A stretch of 64,000 bases of DNA from the IMG/VR virus record IMGVR_UViG_3300002835_000025; one strand, 5' to 3'. Positions 17,966-27,289 of this stretch are shown piece after piece (positions within the stretch are counted from its first letter, which is position 1; each line of letters opens with the position of its first letter). Both the position numbers and the translations under genes were made by a program. The notes under the pieces were generated by a model. The model ran no database searches. It worked only from the letters and a program-made list of their open reading frames with translations, and was not told where the DNA came from. Source of the stretch: a virus.

Positions 17966-19660
17966 ATGAAAACATACCAATCATTATTTAATCCAAAGAC
18001 TAATAAGATAGATTTTAAAAAGGTTGATCTCATTGAGTCTTTGGATAATTCTCCATATTCAAAGCATTCTAATCCAAATATCGAATTTGAAAAAACCACT
18101 GAATTAGATACTATTCGTGAGCAATACTTTCGCGGAGAAATCTTTAATGTGGGAGATATAGTTGAATCCAATGATACATATTTGGAAATACTTAGTAGAG
18201 GTAGCAATTACCTTACAGTTACAGATTCTGATGGTAATATACAACGCAAATGGCTTGTAGAAGTTAAGATGGTTGATGAAGAAACTAGTAATCTTTTAAA
18301 AGAAGATTTTGGTAATGTCACAACAAACCAAGTTACATATAAAGGATTTACTACTAAGAATTTTGATATAAGTAAAGAAGCAATCTTTGAATACACGAAA
18401 TTAACTCAAACACCGAACATTGATCCCGTAGCATTGCTTAATGCTATTAAGGCAACTGACCAAGCATTCGGTATTCAAAAAAGCATCGTATCGGGTTCAT
18501 TATCTATAGATGATTTCCATACATTCCAAAGAGCTCAACAAGTAGCCGTGGATATTCTTAAAAGATTGGGTGTCTATCTTCATCACGAAGATTACTTAAT
18601 GAATTCATATCACAAAATGGAATTAGCAGTATCCGATTATGGAAGCCAAGATTCTTATTCAGCAGGAAAAATACAAGAAATGACATACTCAAGTTCAGAC
18701 AAACTAAAAATTGCCAAGATTGTTGCTGGTACTCTTGGTGTTGATTCTGATTCTTCATCACCAGAAGAACTTATCAATAAGGCACTCAAAACACTTTCAA
18801 AGAATCCACTGAAATCTGATTCATTAAAGATTCTTAAAAATATGTTGAATACTGCCACTGAAGCAGGAATCATGTATGATAAGAAACTTATGCCGGCATT
18901 AGTAAAAGAAGATTCATCCAAATTAGTAAGCTCACAAAAAGTAAAAAGAGTTACTAATCCAGACCAAGTTCACCCAAACGATAGTGACGAAGATGACAAT
19001 GGCGGTCCAGGAGATCAAGATTCCGATGATTCAAAAAATACTCAAAGTGATTTTGACGATGAAAGCAAAGGTTCTCATAGAGTTGGAAGTACTATAGAAC
19101 CAAATGGAGATAAAGACTCTTTACGCAGAATGAAAATCAAATATAAATTACATGAAGATTCTGAAGAAGATGATTCTGAAATGTCGGATGACGAATTGGA
19201 TGATATGCTCAATTCCGTGTCTGATGAAGATATTCTAAGTACCTATGACGACGATGAACTTCATGTAGTTGACGATGAAGGAAACCATGTTGCTCATGTT
19301 AAAGACCTTGATGGAATGAACGAATCATATCTTACTGAAGTATTATCAAGAATGGAACGCATCAAAGCTGCTATAAGATTCAAACAGTCTCAAGGTAAAC
19401 GTATGCGTAAGATGAAGATTGCTTTGCATACTCGTTCTAGTCCACAAAGAATTAATCATCGAGCGCGTAATGCCGCAATCAATGCACTTAAAGCAAAACT
19501 TGCAAGGAAACCTTTGAGTCAATTGACCGTCCAAGAAAAAGAACGTATTGAAAGAATCGTAGCTAAGAAAAAGAAACTAATCGATAAAGCAGCAATGAAG
19601 TTAGTGCCTAAAATTAGAAAAATTGAAAATGCTCGTCTTCATCCAATCAACAGAGACTAA
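17966..19660 (+). CDS. Large hypothetical late/virion protein with an acidic low-complexity region and basic C-terminus
   Basis: 564-aa ORF; IREQYFRGEIFNVGD motif; D/E-rich middle. Confidence 0.75.
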   Translation: MKTYQSLFNPKTNKIDFKKVDLIESLDNSPYSKHSNPNIEFEKTTELDTIREQYFRGEIFNVGDIVESNDTYLEILSRGSNYLTVTDSDGNIQRKWLVEVKMVDEETSNLLKEDFGNVTTNQVTYKGFTTKNFDISKEAIFEYTKLTQTPNIDPVALLNAIKATDQAFGIQKSIVSGSLSIDDFHTFQRAQQVAVDILKRLGVYLHHEDYLMNSYHKMELAVSDYGSQDSYSAGKIQEMTYSSSDKLKIAKIVAGTLGVDSDSSSPEELINKALKTLSKNPLKSDSLKILKNMLNTATEAGIMYDKKLMPALVKEDSSKLVSSQKVKRVTNPDQVHPNDSDEDDNGGPGDQDSDDSKNTQSDFDDESKGSHRVGSTIEPNGDKDSLRRMKIKYKLHEDSEEDDSEMSDDELDDMLNSVSDEDILSTYDDDELHVVDDEGNHVAHVKDLDGMNESYLTEVLSRMERIKAAIRFKQSQGKRMRKMKIALHTRSSPQRINHRARNAAINALKAKLARKPLSQLTVQEKERIERIVAKKKKLIDKAAMKLVPKIRKIENARLHPINRD

Positions 19661-19663
19661 AAC

Positions 19664-20101
19664 ATGGATAAGTTAATTGCAACCTCAAGAATAGTATTTG
19701 CTAACAACTTTGTGTTATACTTTAAAAGTGCTTCATATCATTGGAATGTAGAATCTTTCTATTTTCCACAATTCCACAATTTCTTTGGTGATTTCTATGC
19801 TGCCACTTATGGTGCTATAGATACATTAGCTGAATTCATTAGAACTTTTGATGCTTATGCTCCTATTAGTTTGACTGAATTGACTAGATACAAAACAATC
19901 AATGAAGATATGGTTAAACCAGATAATGTGAATGCTATGTTGGTTAATCTATATGAAGCTAATGTGTTGATGATTGAATCGTTGGAATCTGCATTTCAAG
20001 TATCACAAGAAGTAAATGAACAAGGTTATGCTAATTTCTTAGCAGACCGTTTAACAGCACATAAAAAGCATCAGTGGATGCTTAAATCAATTTTAAAATA
20101 A
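19664..20101 (+). CDS. dps: Dps/ferritin-like protein
   Basis: YHWNV..F..FH..F..Y...DTLAE, HKKHQWML. Confidence 0.9.
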   Translation: MDKLIATSRIVFANNFVLYFKSASYHWNVESFYFPQFHNFFGDFYAATYGAIDTLAEFIRTFDAYAPISLTELTRYKTINEDMVKPDNVNAMLVNLYEANVLMIESLESAFQVSQEVNEQGYANFLADRLTAHKKHQWMLKSILK

Positions 20102-20111
20102 GGAGAACTAA

Positions 20112-20975
20112 ATGTACACATCAGAATTAGAAGCATTACAATCAATCCAAGAAACTTATATTACTATGAATGAGTTATCAACAGCAACTCTTAAAAGTTA
20201 TAAAGATAAAGTACACAACACTTCGGGCAATGATGATAGAAAGGCAGGAAGTGATATGGCTTTCTCTAAAATGGTTTCGCATGGGGATCCTAAAGTCCAA
20301 TCTTCAGAAATTATTAGTAAAGCAAAATCTGAAATAAAAGGATTGATAGATCCTAAACATCACTCGAAATATCCTATAGATAAAATTACAGGCAATGAAA
20401 GCGCACGTAAAATTTATAAGCAAGCACACAGTGCTGGGCACTTAAAAGAAGATGTAATGGATGAATCAACTCATGATCTAAGTAATGTCAAGACTGATAC
20501 CTTGACAAGTCTTCACGCATTACATGCAAAAGAACCTAAAGGTACTCGTAGTTATGACCAAAGACAAAGAGTTGCAGCGGAACTCAAGAAACGTGGCATT
20601 AAAGTACAAGAAGATGTAATGGACGAAAAATTTGCTCATCCTAATCATAAGAAATTGGATGCTAATGATAACGGTAAAGTAGATGCTCAAGATTTTGCAT
20701 TGCTTCGTAAAAAGAAAGGAATGAAAAACTTTAAAGAGTTTAAAGAATCATTAGAACAACTTGATGAATTGTCAAAGAAAACTTTAGGTTCTTATGTCAA
20801 GAAAGCTAGTGCAGAATCAAATTTTGCTTCTAAAGTTGCAGGCAGTGCTAGTGCTGGAGAATATTCTAAAGATGCAATTGCCAAAGAAAAAGAACATTTA
20901 GCACTTGCTAAAAAACGTAGAACTGGCATTAATAAAGCAGTTGATAAATTGACTAAAGAAGATCTTGAAGATTGA
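20112..20975 (+). CDS. Modular putative internal head protein
   Basis: Repeated ELS..TL.SY..K units, EF-hand-like DANDNGKVDAQD, internal MKNFKEFKE. Confidence 0.7.
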   Translation: MYTSELEALQSIQETYITMNELSTATLKSYKDKVHNTSGNDDRKAGSDMAFSKMVSHGDPKVQSSEIISKAKSEIKGLIDPKHHSKYPIDKITGNESARKIYKQAHSAGHLKEDVMDESTHDLSNVKTDTLTSLHALHAKEPKGTRSYDQRQRVAAELKKRGIKVQEDVMDEKFAHPNHKKLDANDNGKVDAQDFALLRKKKGMKNFKEFKESLEQLDELSKKTLGSYVKKASAESNFASKVAGSASAGEYSKDAIAKEKEHLALAKKRRTGINKAVDKLTKEDLED

Positions 20976-20976
20976 T

Positions 20977-21162
20977 ATGATTACCTTCAAAGAATTCATT
21001 ACTGAAGAAATGAAACTTGTCAACGGGAAACTTGCCATGACTTCTAAGAAGACCGGCAAGGTTCTTGCCTATTATAAAGGTCAACACAAGCATACTGACA
21101 GATGGTTTACTTCTCAGAATAAAAAAGAAGAATACGTTCCACCAATTACGGTTGAAAAGTAA
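20977..21162 (+). CDS. Small protein, tandem paralog 1
   Basis: MITFKEFITEE...SKKTGKVLAYYKG. Confidence 0.7.
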   Translation: MITFKEFITEEMKLVNGKLAMTSKKTGKVLAYYKGQHKHTDRWFTSQNKKEEYVPPITVEK

Positions 21163-21344
21163 TGATTACCTTCAAAGAATATCTTGAAGAAGTATTGAAA
21201 CAAGTAGACGGCAAGTGGGCAATTGTTTCTAAGAAATCCGGTAAACCTCTCGCATATTATAAAGGTGAGGGGAAACCTTCCGAAGAATGGTTCAATAAGC
21301 AAGAAAAGCGTATTGGATACTTCAAACATTTAAACAAAGGGTAA
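21162..21344 (+). CDS. Small protein, tandem paralog 2
   Basis: MITFKEYLEE...SKKSGKPLAYYKG. Confidence 0.7.
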   Translation: MITFKEYLEEVLKQVDGKWAIVSKKSGKPLAYYKGEGKPSEEWFNKQEKRIGYFKHLNKG

Positions 21345-21348
21345 TCAA

Positions 21349-22089
21349 ATGGCAGAATTTGGTGATTTCCTAAAATTGATGTCTGATGCCAAATTGGCAA
21401 AGATACAAGAGCAATCTGAAAAAGAAAATAGATTGACTGAAATATCAGAACGGGTAAAGGAATCAAATCCATTCAAGTTTCATACGCTTGAAGAAGTTTA
21501 TATTGAACCAGAACCTATTATGGAGGAATTACCAGAATCTGTTTTAACCCCAGAACTAACTAAATTATTCAACGAACAATCTTATCAACAACCAGAAGTC
21601 GGTCCTGTTGATAATGATGTTAGACAAATTAGAGATAAGTTAAAATTCATAGAGCAATGGATGGGTAAGATTTCTCTTGCTGGTCCTGGTGGTGGTGAAG
21701 TGAATCTTCGTTATCTTGATGACATTGTAAGAAGTTCAATCTATGATGGTAGATATCTGAGATACAATGCAACCTTAAAGAAATTTGAGTTTGCTGAAGT
21801 TAATCCTCATGATATAGTTTATACTACCAACAATGTAACGACTTCTACATATACTATCTCATCTGATGATTATTATGTTGGTGTTACCTATAACGGACCA
21901 ACTACTATTACTTTACCTAGCAATCCAAGTTCTGGTCGAATGTTGATAATCAAAGATGAATCCGGTAATGCTTCAGTTAATCCAATAACTGTTTTAGGAA
22001 CTGTTGATAATGATCCAACCGGTTTCATTATTCAATTAGACAATGGTGCAATTCAATTACTTTATAGAAATGGCTGGAGAATAGTGTGA
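21349..22089 (+). CDS. Hypothetical structural protein with a C-terminal beta-sandwich (fiber-like) module
   Basis: GGGEVNLRYLDD; TITLP...GRMLIIKDESG. Confidence 0.7.
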   Translation: MAEFGDFLKLMSDAKLAKIQEQSEKENRLTEISERVKESNPFKFHTLEEVYIEPEPIMEELPESVLTPELTKLFNEQSYQQPEVGPVDNDVRQIRDKLKFIEQWMGKISLAGPGGGEVNLRYLDDIVRSSIYDGRYLRYNATLKKFEFAEVNPHDIVYTTNNVTTSTYTISSDDYYVGVTYNGPTTITLPSNPSSGRMLIIKDESGNASVNPITVLGTVDNDPTGFIIQLDNGAIQLLYRNGWRIV

Positions 22090-22703
22090 GTTACCTTTTT
22101 ACAAACAATCAAGAAATTAAAAATGATGTTGGAAATCCTATACCAGTATCGGGCACAGTAACAGCAAATGTTGGTAATATTATAACAGTTGTTACTTCTG
22201 AAGAAGCTGGTGAGTTGTATGCATTTAATAATCATGCTACGAATACTAATCGTGGCTGGACTATGGATAATACTATGAGACCATTGATTAGTTTTCAAAA
22301 TGGTAGTGCTAATTCTGCTGATATAATTAAAATTATGGAATACGAAATTGGTAATAATAATGCTAATCAATCTACTATTATCTATGAGTGGTATGAAGGT
22401 CCGTTGAATATTGCTGGTACAACTGTACCAGCTTGGACTACATTTGGAATCCATAGTCAATACCGAGTGTATCAGGATGTTTATTCTAGTAACCAAGGTA
22501 ATACATTTACTGTACCAAATGGAAATGGAACCTATATGAGACACAGTGGAGTTATTATTGGAAAGAATACTTCAGGTGATGAAGGTCCAGCAAGCATGCA
22601 TGGTGGAGGAAGTCCAAATATGTTAACACTTTGCATTAGACGGGTTGATAATGCCACTAAATTAGATGTTTGGTTTGCATTTACAGTTAAAGAACTAACT
22701 TAA
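22086..22703 (+). CDS. Hypothetical virion protein
   Basis: GTG start coupled to the upstream stop; N/G/T-rich. Confidence 0.65.
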   Translation: MSYLFTNNQEIKNDVGNPIPVSGTVTANVGNIITVVTSEEAGELYAFNNHATNTNRGWTMDNTMRPLISFQNGSANSADIIKIMEYEIGNNNANQSTIIYEWYEGPLNIAGTTVPAWTTFGIHSQYRVYQDVYSSNQGNTFTVPNGNGTYMRHSGVIIGKNTSGDEGPASMHGGGSPNMLTLCIRRVDNATKLDVWFAFTVKELT

Positions 22704-22744
22704 TATATTAAATAAATATATCTACAATCAATAAGGAGATAACA

Positions 22745-23329
22745 ATGAGTTTATGGGGAAAAACGGACGCTGATGCTAGCGTCCCAAAATATTTAAACGA
22801 AGAACAACGTGCAAAAGCAATCTTCATTGATAATACTGAAGCCGCTGATGCAGATACAAAAGCAAAAGGTATTACTGGTCCAGGTTGGTGGTTGTATGAA
22901 CAGTATAAAAATGCGGCTGGAGCAATCCGTCACAAAGCAGAATGCTTGATTCCAATGACCGTTACTGCAGTTGCTGCTGGCGACCGTACTAATGATGCTG
23001 GTATCGACACTGCGGGAACTTATGATATTACTTTAACAACTAAACCAGTTGCACGTTCTGTAACAGCTCCCGCTGCTACTACATTTGCAGTTGTTGCTGC
23101 AATCAGTTCTGGTGGTGGTGCATTGTCTTATCAGTGGCAAAGATCAACAGTTGCTAATGGCAACACTTATGCTAACGTGACTGATGCTGGTGTTTATACT
23201 GGTGCTACTACTGCTACATTAGCAATCAGTGCAACAACTGGTCTAAACGGATTCAAATATCGTGTTATTGTTTCGGCTACTAATGCTGTAAGTGAAACAT
23301 CACCCGCAGTCAAACTTACTGTAGCATAA
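22745..23329 (+). CDS. Ig-like-domain virion protein (Hoc-like)
   Basis: MSLWGKTD N-terminus; Ig I-set-like LSYQWQ...LAI...GFKYRVIVS; late-like AATAAATA upstream. Confidence 0.75.
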   Translation: MSLWGKTDADASVPKYLNEEQRAKAIFIDNTEAADADTKAKGITGPGWWLYEQYKNAAGAIRHKAECLIPMTVTAVAAGDRTNDAGIDTAGTYDITLTTKPVARSVTAPAATTFAVVAAISSGGGALSYQWQRSTVANGNTYANVTDAGVYTGATTATLAISATTGLNGFKYRVIVSATNAVSETSPAVKLTVA

Positions 23330-23330
23330 G

Positions 23331-23678
23331 ATGAAATTAAGCACTGAGAATTTTATACAATTTGCAATGAATTGCTATGAAAACCCTCAGTGCTTTTCCA
23401 TTAGAGAATTCGAATCAGACCTATGTAGATTCGATTATATAAATAAATTATTCAAGCGGTACGTTGAACAAGATACACTGAGAGAACGATTGATTCTGAA
23501 TCATATAATTGTTCTCTACAATGTATTTGGTGATAATGCTACCAAAATGTTACTTTTTAAAATAGATGATAGTTATGGTGATATGTTATTGCCATTCTTA
23601 TTGTATCTTAACAGAATACCAGAACAAGATTTAGGTCATCTGGATCCAACTATAATATCTGTACTTCGGAAACTATAA
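23331..23678 (+). CDS. Conserved T4-like hypothetical protein
   Basis: YENPQC...LRERLILNHIIVLYNVFG. Confidence 0.8.
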   Translation: MKLSTENFIQFAMNCYENPQCFSIREFESDLCRFDYINKLFKRYVEQDTLRERLILNHIIVLYNVFGDNATKMLLFKIDDSYGDMLLPFLLYLNRIPEQDLGHLDPTIISVLRKL

Positions 23679-24184
23679 TGAGAATTATCGACAATCTCCT
23701 AGCCTATAGAATACTTTCAATGTTAGTAACTCCATTTGAAGAATCAGATGCATTCAAGTTGGGTATTATAGATGCTAAGGGTAAAATCCTCAAAAAGCAA
23801 AATCAACTCACTACTCCAGAAGAAAAGGATGCTTACACGTATCTTCAACGTCTAGTATTCAATCTTAAAAGATTACTCAATAAGTTACCAGGTGGAGACA
23901 AATACACCAAGAATCTTATTGCTGCTTATTTCCTAATCAAAGAATCATACCAACATAATGACGATTCAAATTTAGAATCAAGATTTACTACATTACTTGA
24001 AACCATTGACCAAAAGAATATCATATTGGTTGAAGAAGAAATCCTCGTTAAGAAATTCCTCGATGAAGAAGGTGGAGTACTTCCTGCTAATAATACTTCA
24101 GGTGTTGCTAATCCCGAATTCAAATTAGGCCAAAAGAAAGTCATTAAGAGAAAAGCTAATGTTCCTACTGAATCTAATTCCTGA
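23678..24184 (+). CDS. Conserved T4-like hypothetical protein
   Basis: LVTPFEESDAFKLGIIDAKGK...RLVFNLKRLL. Confidence 0.8.
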   Translation: MRIIDNLLAYRILSMLVTPFEESDAFKLGIIDAKGKILKKQNQLTTPEEKDAYTYLQRLVFNLKRLLNKLPGGDKYTKNLIAAYFLIKESYQHNDDSNLESRFTTLLETIDQKNIILVEEEILVKKFLDEEGGVLPANNTSGVANPEFKLGQKKVIKRKANVPTESNS

Positions 24185-24740
24185 GTGGTTAACCTACCTT
24201 CTTAGTGGCATCTCATTCTTAGGACTTGTTCTAGGTGTATTGATACCAATTCCTGCTCATTACAAGATGGCTCTGTATTCTGGGTTAGGCATGTTACTAT
24301 GCCTGAATTCATTTGCTATAGGAGTTTCGGTAAACGAAGCAAACTGGCAAGTAAAAGTTAAAGATATGCAAATCCAGATTGCACAACTAGAAACCAAAAC
24401 TGCTGAAGTGACGACAAAAGTTGTTACTGAATATATAGAAAAAGTCAAAATAGTGGAAGGCAAAACTCATGTTATCATTAAGAAAGTTCCTGAATATATT
24501 ACCAAAGAATCTGATGCTAAGTGTAGTATCAATACTGGTGCTATCGAGTTGCTCAACGCTGCCGCAGAAAACAAAGTTCCCGAATCCTCCAGAACTTCTT
24601 ATGAAGGACCCTCCGATGTTAAACTCTCTACCCTTGTTGAATCCGTCAGTGGAAACTACGGTACGTACTATCAAGTAGTAGAACAACTTAAATCACTCCA
24701 AGATTGGATTAGAAAACAAAAGGATTTGAACAATGAGTGA
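24159..24740 (+). CDS. Rz-like inner-membrane spanin
   Basis: N-terminal TM segments, periplasmic coiled coil, embedded lipoprotein gene in another frame. Confidence 0.75.
   Translation: MFLLNLIPEWLTYLLSGISFLGLVLGVLIPIPAHYKMALYSGLGMLLCLNSFAIGVSVNEANWQVKVKDMQIQIAQLETKTAEVTTKVVTEYIEKVKIVEGKTHVIIKKVPEYITKESDAKCSINTGAIELLNAAAENKVPESSRTSYEGPSDVKLSTLVESVSGNYGTYYQVVEQLKSLQDWIRKQKDLNNE
24469..24678 (+). CDS. Rz1-like outer-membrane lipoprotein spanin, embedded in Rz
   Basis: Signal peptide with lipobox LSSC; Pro-rich mature part (FPNPPELLMKDPP). Confidence 0.75.
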   Translation: MLSLRKFLNILPKNLMLSVVSILVLSSCSTLPQKTKFPNPPELLMKDPPMLNSLPLLNPSVETTVRTIK

Positions 24741-25170
24741 CCATAATTCACCATGTAATGACCTTAATAAACTTGTAACTGAAGTAGCTGTTCTGCAGAA
24801 TGTAGTTTACAAGATAGATAATACAGTTGCAGAAATTGCTAAAGCATCGTCAGAAGTATCAAGATTATTAATAGTACACGACAACAGACTAAACAATCTT
24901 GAGAATAATAATAAAGAAACTACAACTGATGTCAAGGATCTATACAAGAAAATGGAAGAAACTACTAAAGAGATTGTGGATAAGTTAGATGATATGGAAT
25001 TTCGTATTGAATCTAAACTTAAAGAACATGAAGAAAAATCAGATGAATATAGAGAAGATATTTCTGAAAGGTTGAATGCATTAGAAACTTGGAAGTGGTT
25101 AGTAGTTGGTGGCAGTATAGTAATTGGATACCTTATTGACCATTCAGATATATTGAAACTATTCAAATAA
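24733..25170 (+). CDS. Coiled-coil protein with a C-terminal TM helix (holin/XhlA-like candidate)
   Basis: Long heptad region then LETWKWLVVGGSIVIGYLI; adjacent to the spanins. Confidence 0.6.
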   Translation: MSDHNSPCNDLNKLVTEVAVLQNVVYKIDNTVAEIAKASSEVSRLLIVHDNRLNNLENNNKETTTDVKDLYKKMEETTKEIVDKLDDMEFRIESKLKEHEEKSDEYREDISERLNALETWKWLVVGGSIVIGYLIDHSDILKLFK

Positions 25171-25203
25171 TAATAAATTAGTATTGATAAGACCAGTTAA
25201 TTT

Positions 25204-25233
25204 ATTATACATCAAACCCAGTCAAAAGTAAAC
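25204..25233 (-). promoter_or_regulatory. Leftward early-type promoter, antisense to the lysis cassette
   Basis: Minus strand reads GTTTAC-N18-TATAAT. Confidence 0.6.
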
Positions 25234-25368
25234 ATTATTCCCTAAAATAATTCAACAGTTATCACTTTATAGGTGATGCTGTGTCACGAGTAAAATTTGC
25301 TAAATAGTGTGTACAAATATCAAAAATATGATATAATATAATCTTTATTCTACTACAAAAGGTGATCT

Positions 25369-26475
25369 ATGAAATTAGCAGTATTGAAATTAGGCGCAAG
25401 AATTGTTTTTGGCCAAAAGGTTGGATCAAGCGGAGGATCAGGTGAAGCTGCTTCTTTAATAGAAATGATGGTTGAAGGTGGATGTGAAGTTGACTGTTAT
25501 ACTAAGGTATTGTCTTCAGATCAACAAAACAGATCAGTCAACGTGCTTAATATTGAAGACCATTATGAGAATATTACCAGTAATGTATACGATGCATTAG
25601 TAGTCATTAATGGCGCTGTTAATTTCTTTGGTGGCCAAGAAGACAGACCACAGATTCTTAATTATAAAGCAATAAACAACTTTAATGGAAAAATCATTTA
25701 CTTGTACTGTGACCCGAATTTATCTCTAAAACAAATTTGGCCTTCTATTGAGAAGAAACCCTGGGCTTCAAATTGGAATAAGGAAGATATTAATATTACA
25801 AAGCCTATTAATGTGATTTCGCAATCATACAATTTAGAAAAAAATAAAGCACTATTTGAGAAAAATGGATATCCTGTAGAATCTATTGTGCAATATGATT
25901 TCCAAAAATTCCCAATGATGAAACCAAGAGAAACTTCTATTCTAGGAAAGACTGTTGATTTGTCTTATGGAGGAACCTTTAGATCTGGTAGAAGAGAAAA
26001 GAAATTAATAGAATTCTATTTTGGACTCCCAGAAGATATTTCGGTAGAAGTATTCGGTAAAATTAAAATTACGGACTTTAATGAGAAAAAAGTAACCGGA
26101 TTACGTCCGCCAAAGTTTCTTCCTCCAGTCGATTATAATAATATGATTCAGAAAATGTCTTCTTCTAAAACCCATATTGCTATTGGTGATAATCAATACC
26201 CAGATTTTGAAATGATCTCTCAAAGAGTATATGAATCTATTATGGCGGGAACTTTATTATTCATTGATAATGAATTTGATAAGAATAAAAGAATTTTTGG
26301 AAACAATACTGAACTTTCCAATTTGCTATATATCAATGACAGAAATCAATTTGCAGATAGATTAAAATCATTGTCAGATTCTGATTACGAATCACTAATA
26401 GAACTTCAACATTCATGTGTAGATTTTAATAAATCAGAATATTGTTTAAACTTTGTAAAACTTTTGGAGGTATAA
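25369..26475 (+). CDS. bgt: DNA beta-glucosyltransferase homolog (GT-B, T4 BGT family)
   Basis: YDALVVINGAVNFFGG, YCDPNL, DLSYGGTFRSGRREKKLIEF, QRVYE, FIDNEFD match T4 BGT blocks. Confidence 0.88.
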   Translation: MKLAVLKLGARIVFGQKVGSSGGSGEAASLIEMMVEGGCEVDCYTKVLSSDQQNRSVNVLNIEDHYENITSNVYDALVVINGAVNFFGGQEDRPQILNYKAINNFNGKIIYLYCDPNLSLKQIWPSIEKKPWASNWNKEDINITKPINVISQSYNLEKNKALFEKNGYPVESIVQYDFQKFPMMKPRETSILGKTVDLSYGGTFRSGRREKKLIEFYFGLPEDISVEVFGKIKITDFNEKKVTGLRPPKFLPPVDYNNMIQKMSSSKTHIAIGDNQYPDFEMISQRVYESIMAGTLLFIDNEFDKNKRIFGNNTELSNLLYINDRNQFADRLKSLSDSDYESLIELQHSCVDFNKSEYCLNFVKLLEV

Positions 26476-26476
26476 T

Positions 26477-27289
26477 ATGGAACAAGAAAAAGACGTATTT
26501 GATGACAGTTCAGCAGTATTTTTTAAAAATGGATTCCTTGGTAAAATAAAATTTTCCAGTGCATGGCATATTGCATTCATTAGCAGATATACTTCAACAT
26601 GCACAGAAATTACCAAAATCAAAAGAAAAAATACTGAAGATTATGTTACTATATTAGATGTTGGGTGTGGTAATAAAACATTCTATCAATTTTGGTCTAA
26701 AAGTTTTGAAAGTTTATTGCGTCCCAGAGTGGATTACTTGGGTTTAGAATATGAACAATCTGTTGTAGATGAAGCAAATTCACCAACTGGAAGAGAATCT
26801 GTCAACAAATACAAAGTCATTCACTGTGATCTAAATACTACTTCATTTCATGACATTAAGCATCACGACAAATATGACGTAATTCTGTTGCAGGAAATTC
26901 TAGAACATATTCCAAAAGAAACTGCATTGAAACTTATAAAAGAAGCATCTGAATTGGTATCAGATAGAGGATTTATTGTCATATCATCTCCTAATCCAAA
27001 AAAGGACGAAGGTCAAGAATTTGTATGGCCAGAGAATCACATTCAAGAGTTTACTTTGGACGAAATGCATGATATGATAACCACTAATGGATTAAGTATC
27101 AGAAGAGTCAATGGGTGGTTAGGTAAAGCCAGATATTTTAAAAAGCATTTGAGTTCTAACAATATGGCTCTATATAACCAATTAAAAGGGATTTCGCAAG
27201 GATTCGCGGCAAGTACGATAGCATTTCTAAATCCAAAGATTGCAGAATGTTATATTTTTATTGCAGAAAAAAATAAGGGTATATTATGA
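26477..27289 (+). CDS. Class I SAM-dependent methyltransferase (small-molecule/sugar O-MTase type)
   Basis: ILDVGCG, YLGLE, YDVILLQEILEHI, ISSPN. Confidence 0.88.
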   Translation: MEQEKDVFDDSSAVFFKNGFLGKIKFSSAWHIAFISRYTSTCTEITKIKRKNTEDYVTILDVGCGNKTFYQFWSKSFESLLRPRVDYLGLEYEQSVVDEANSPTGRESVNKYKVIHCDLNTTSFHDIKHHDKYDVILLQEILEHIPKETALKLIKEASELVSDRGFIVISSPNPKKDEGQEFVWPENHIQEFTLDEMHDMITTNGLSIRRVNGWLGKARYFKKHLSSNNMALYNQLKGISQGFAASTIAFLNPKIAECYIFIAEKNKGIL

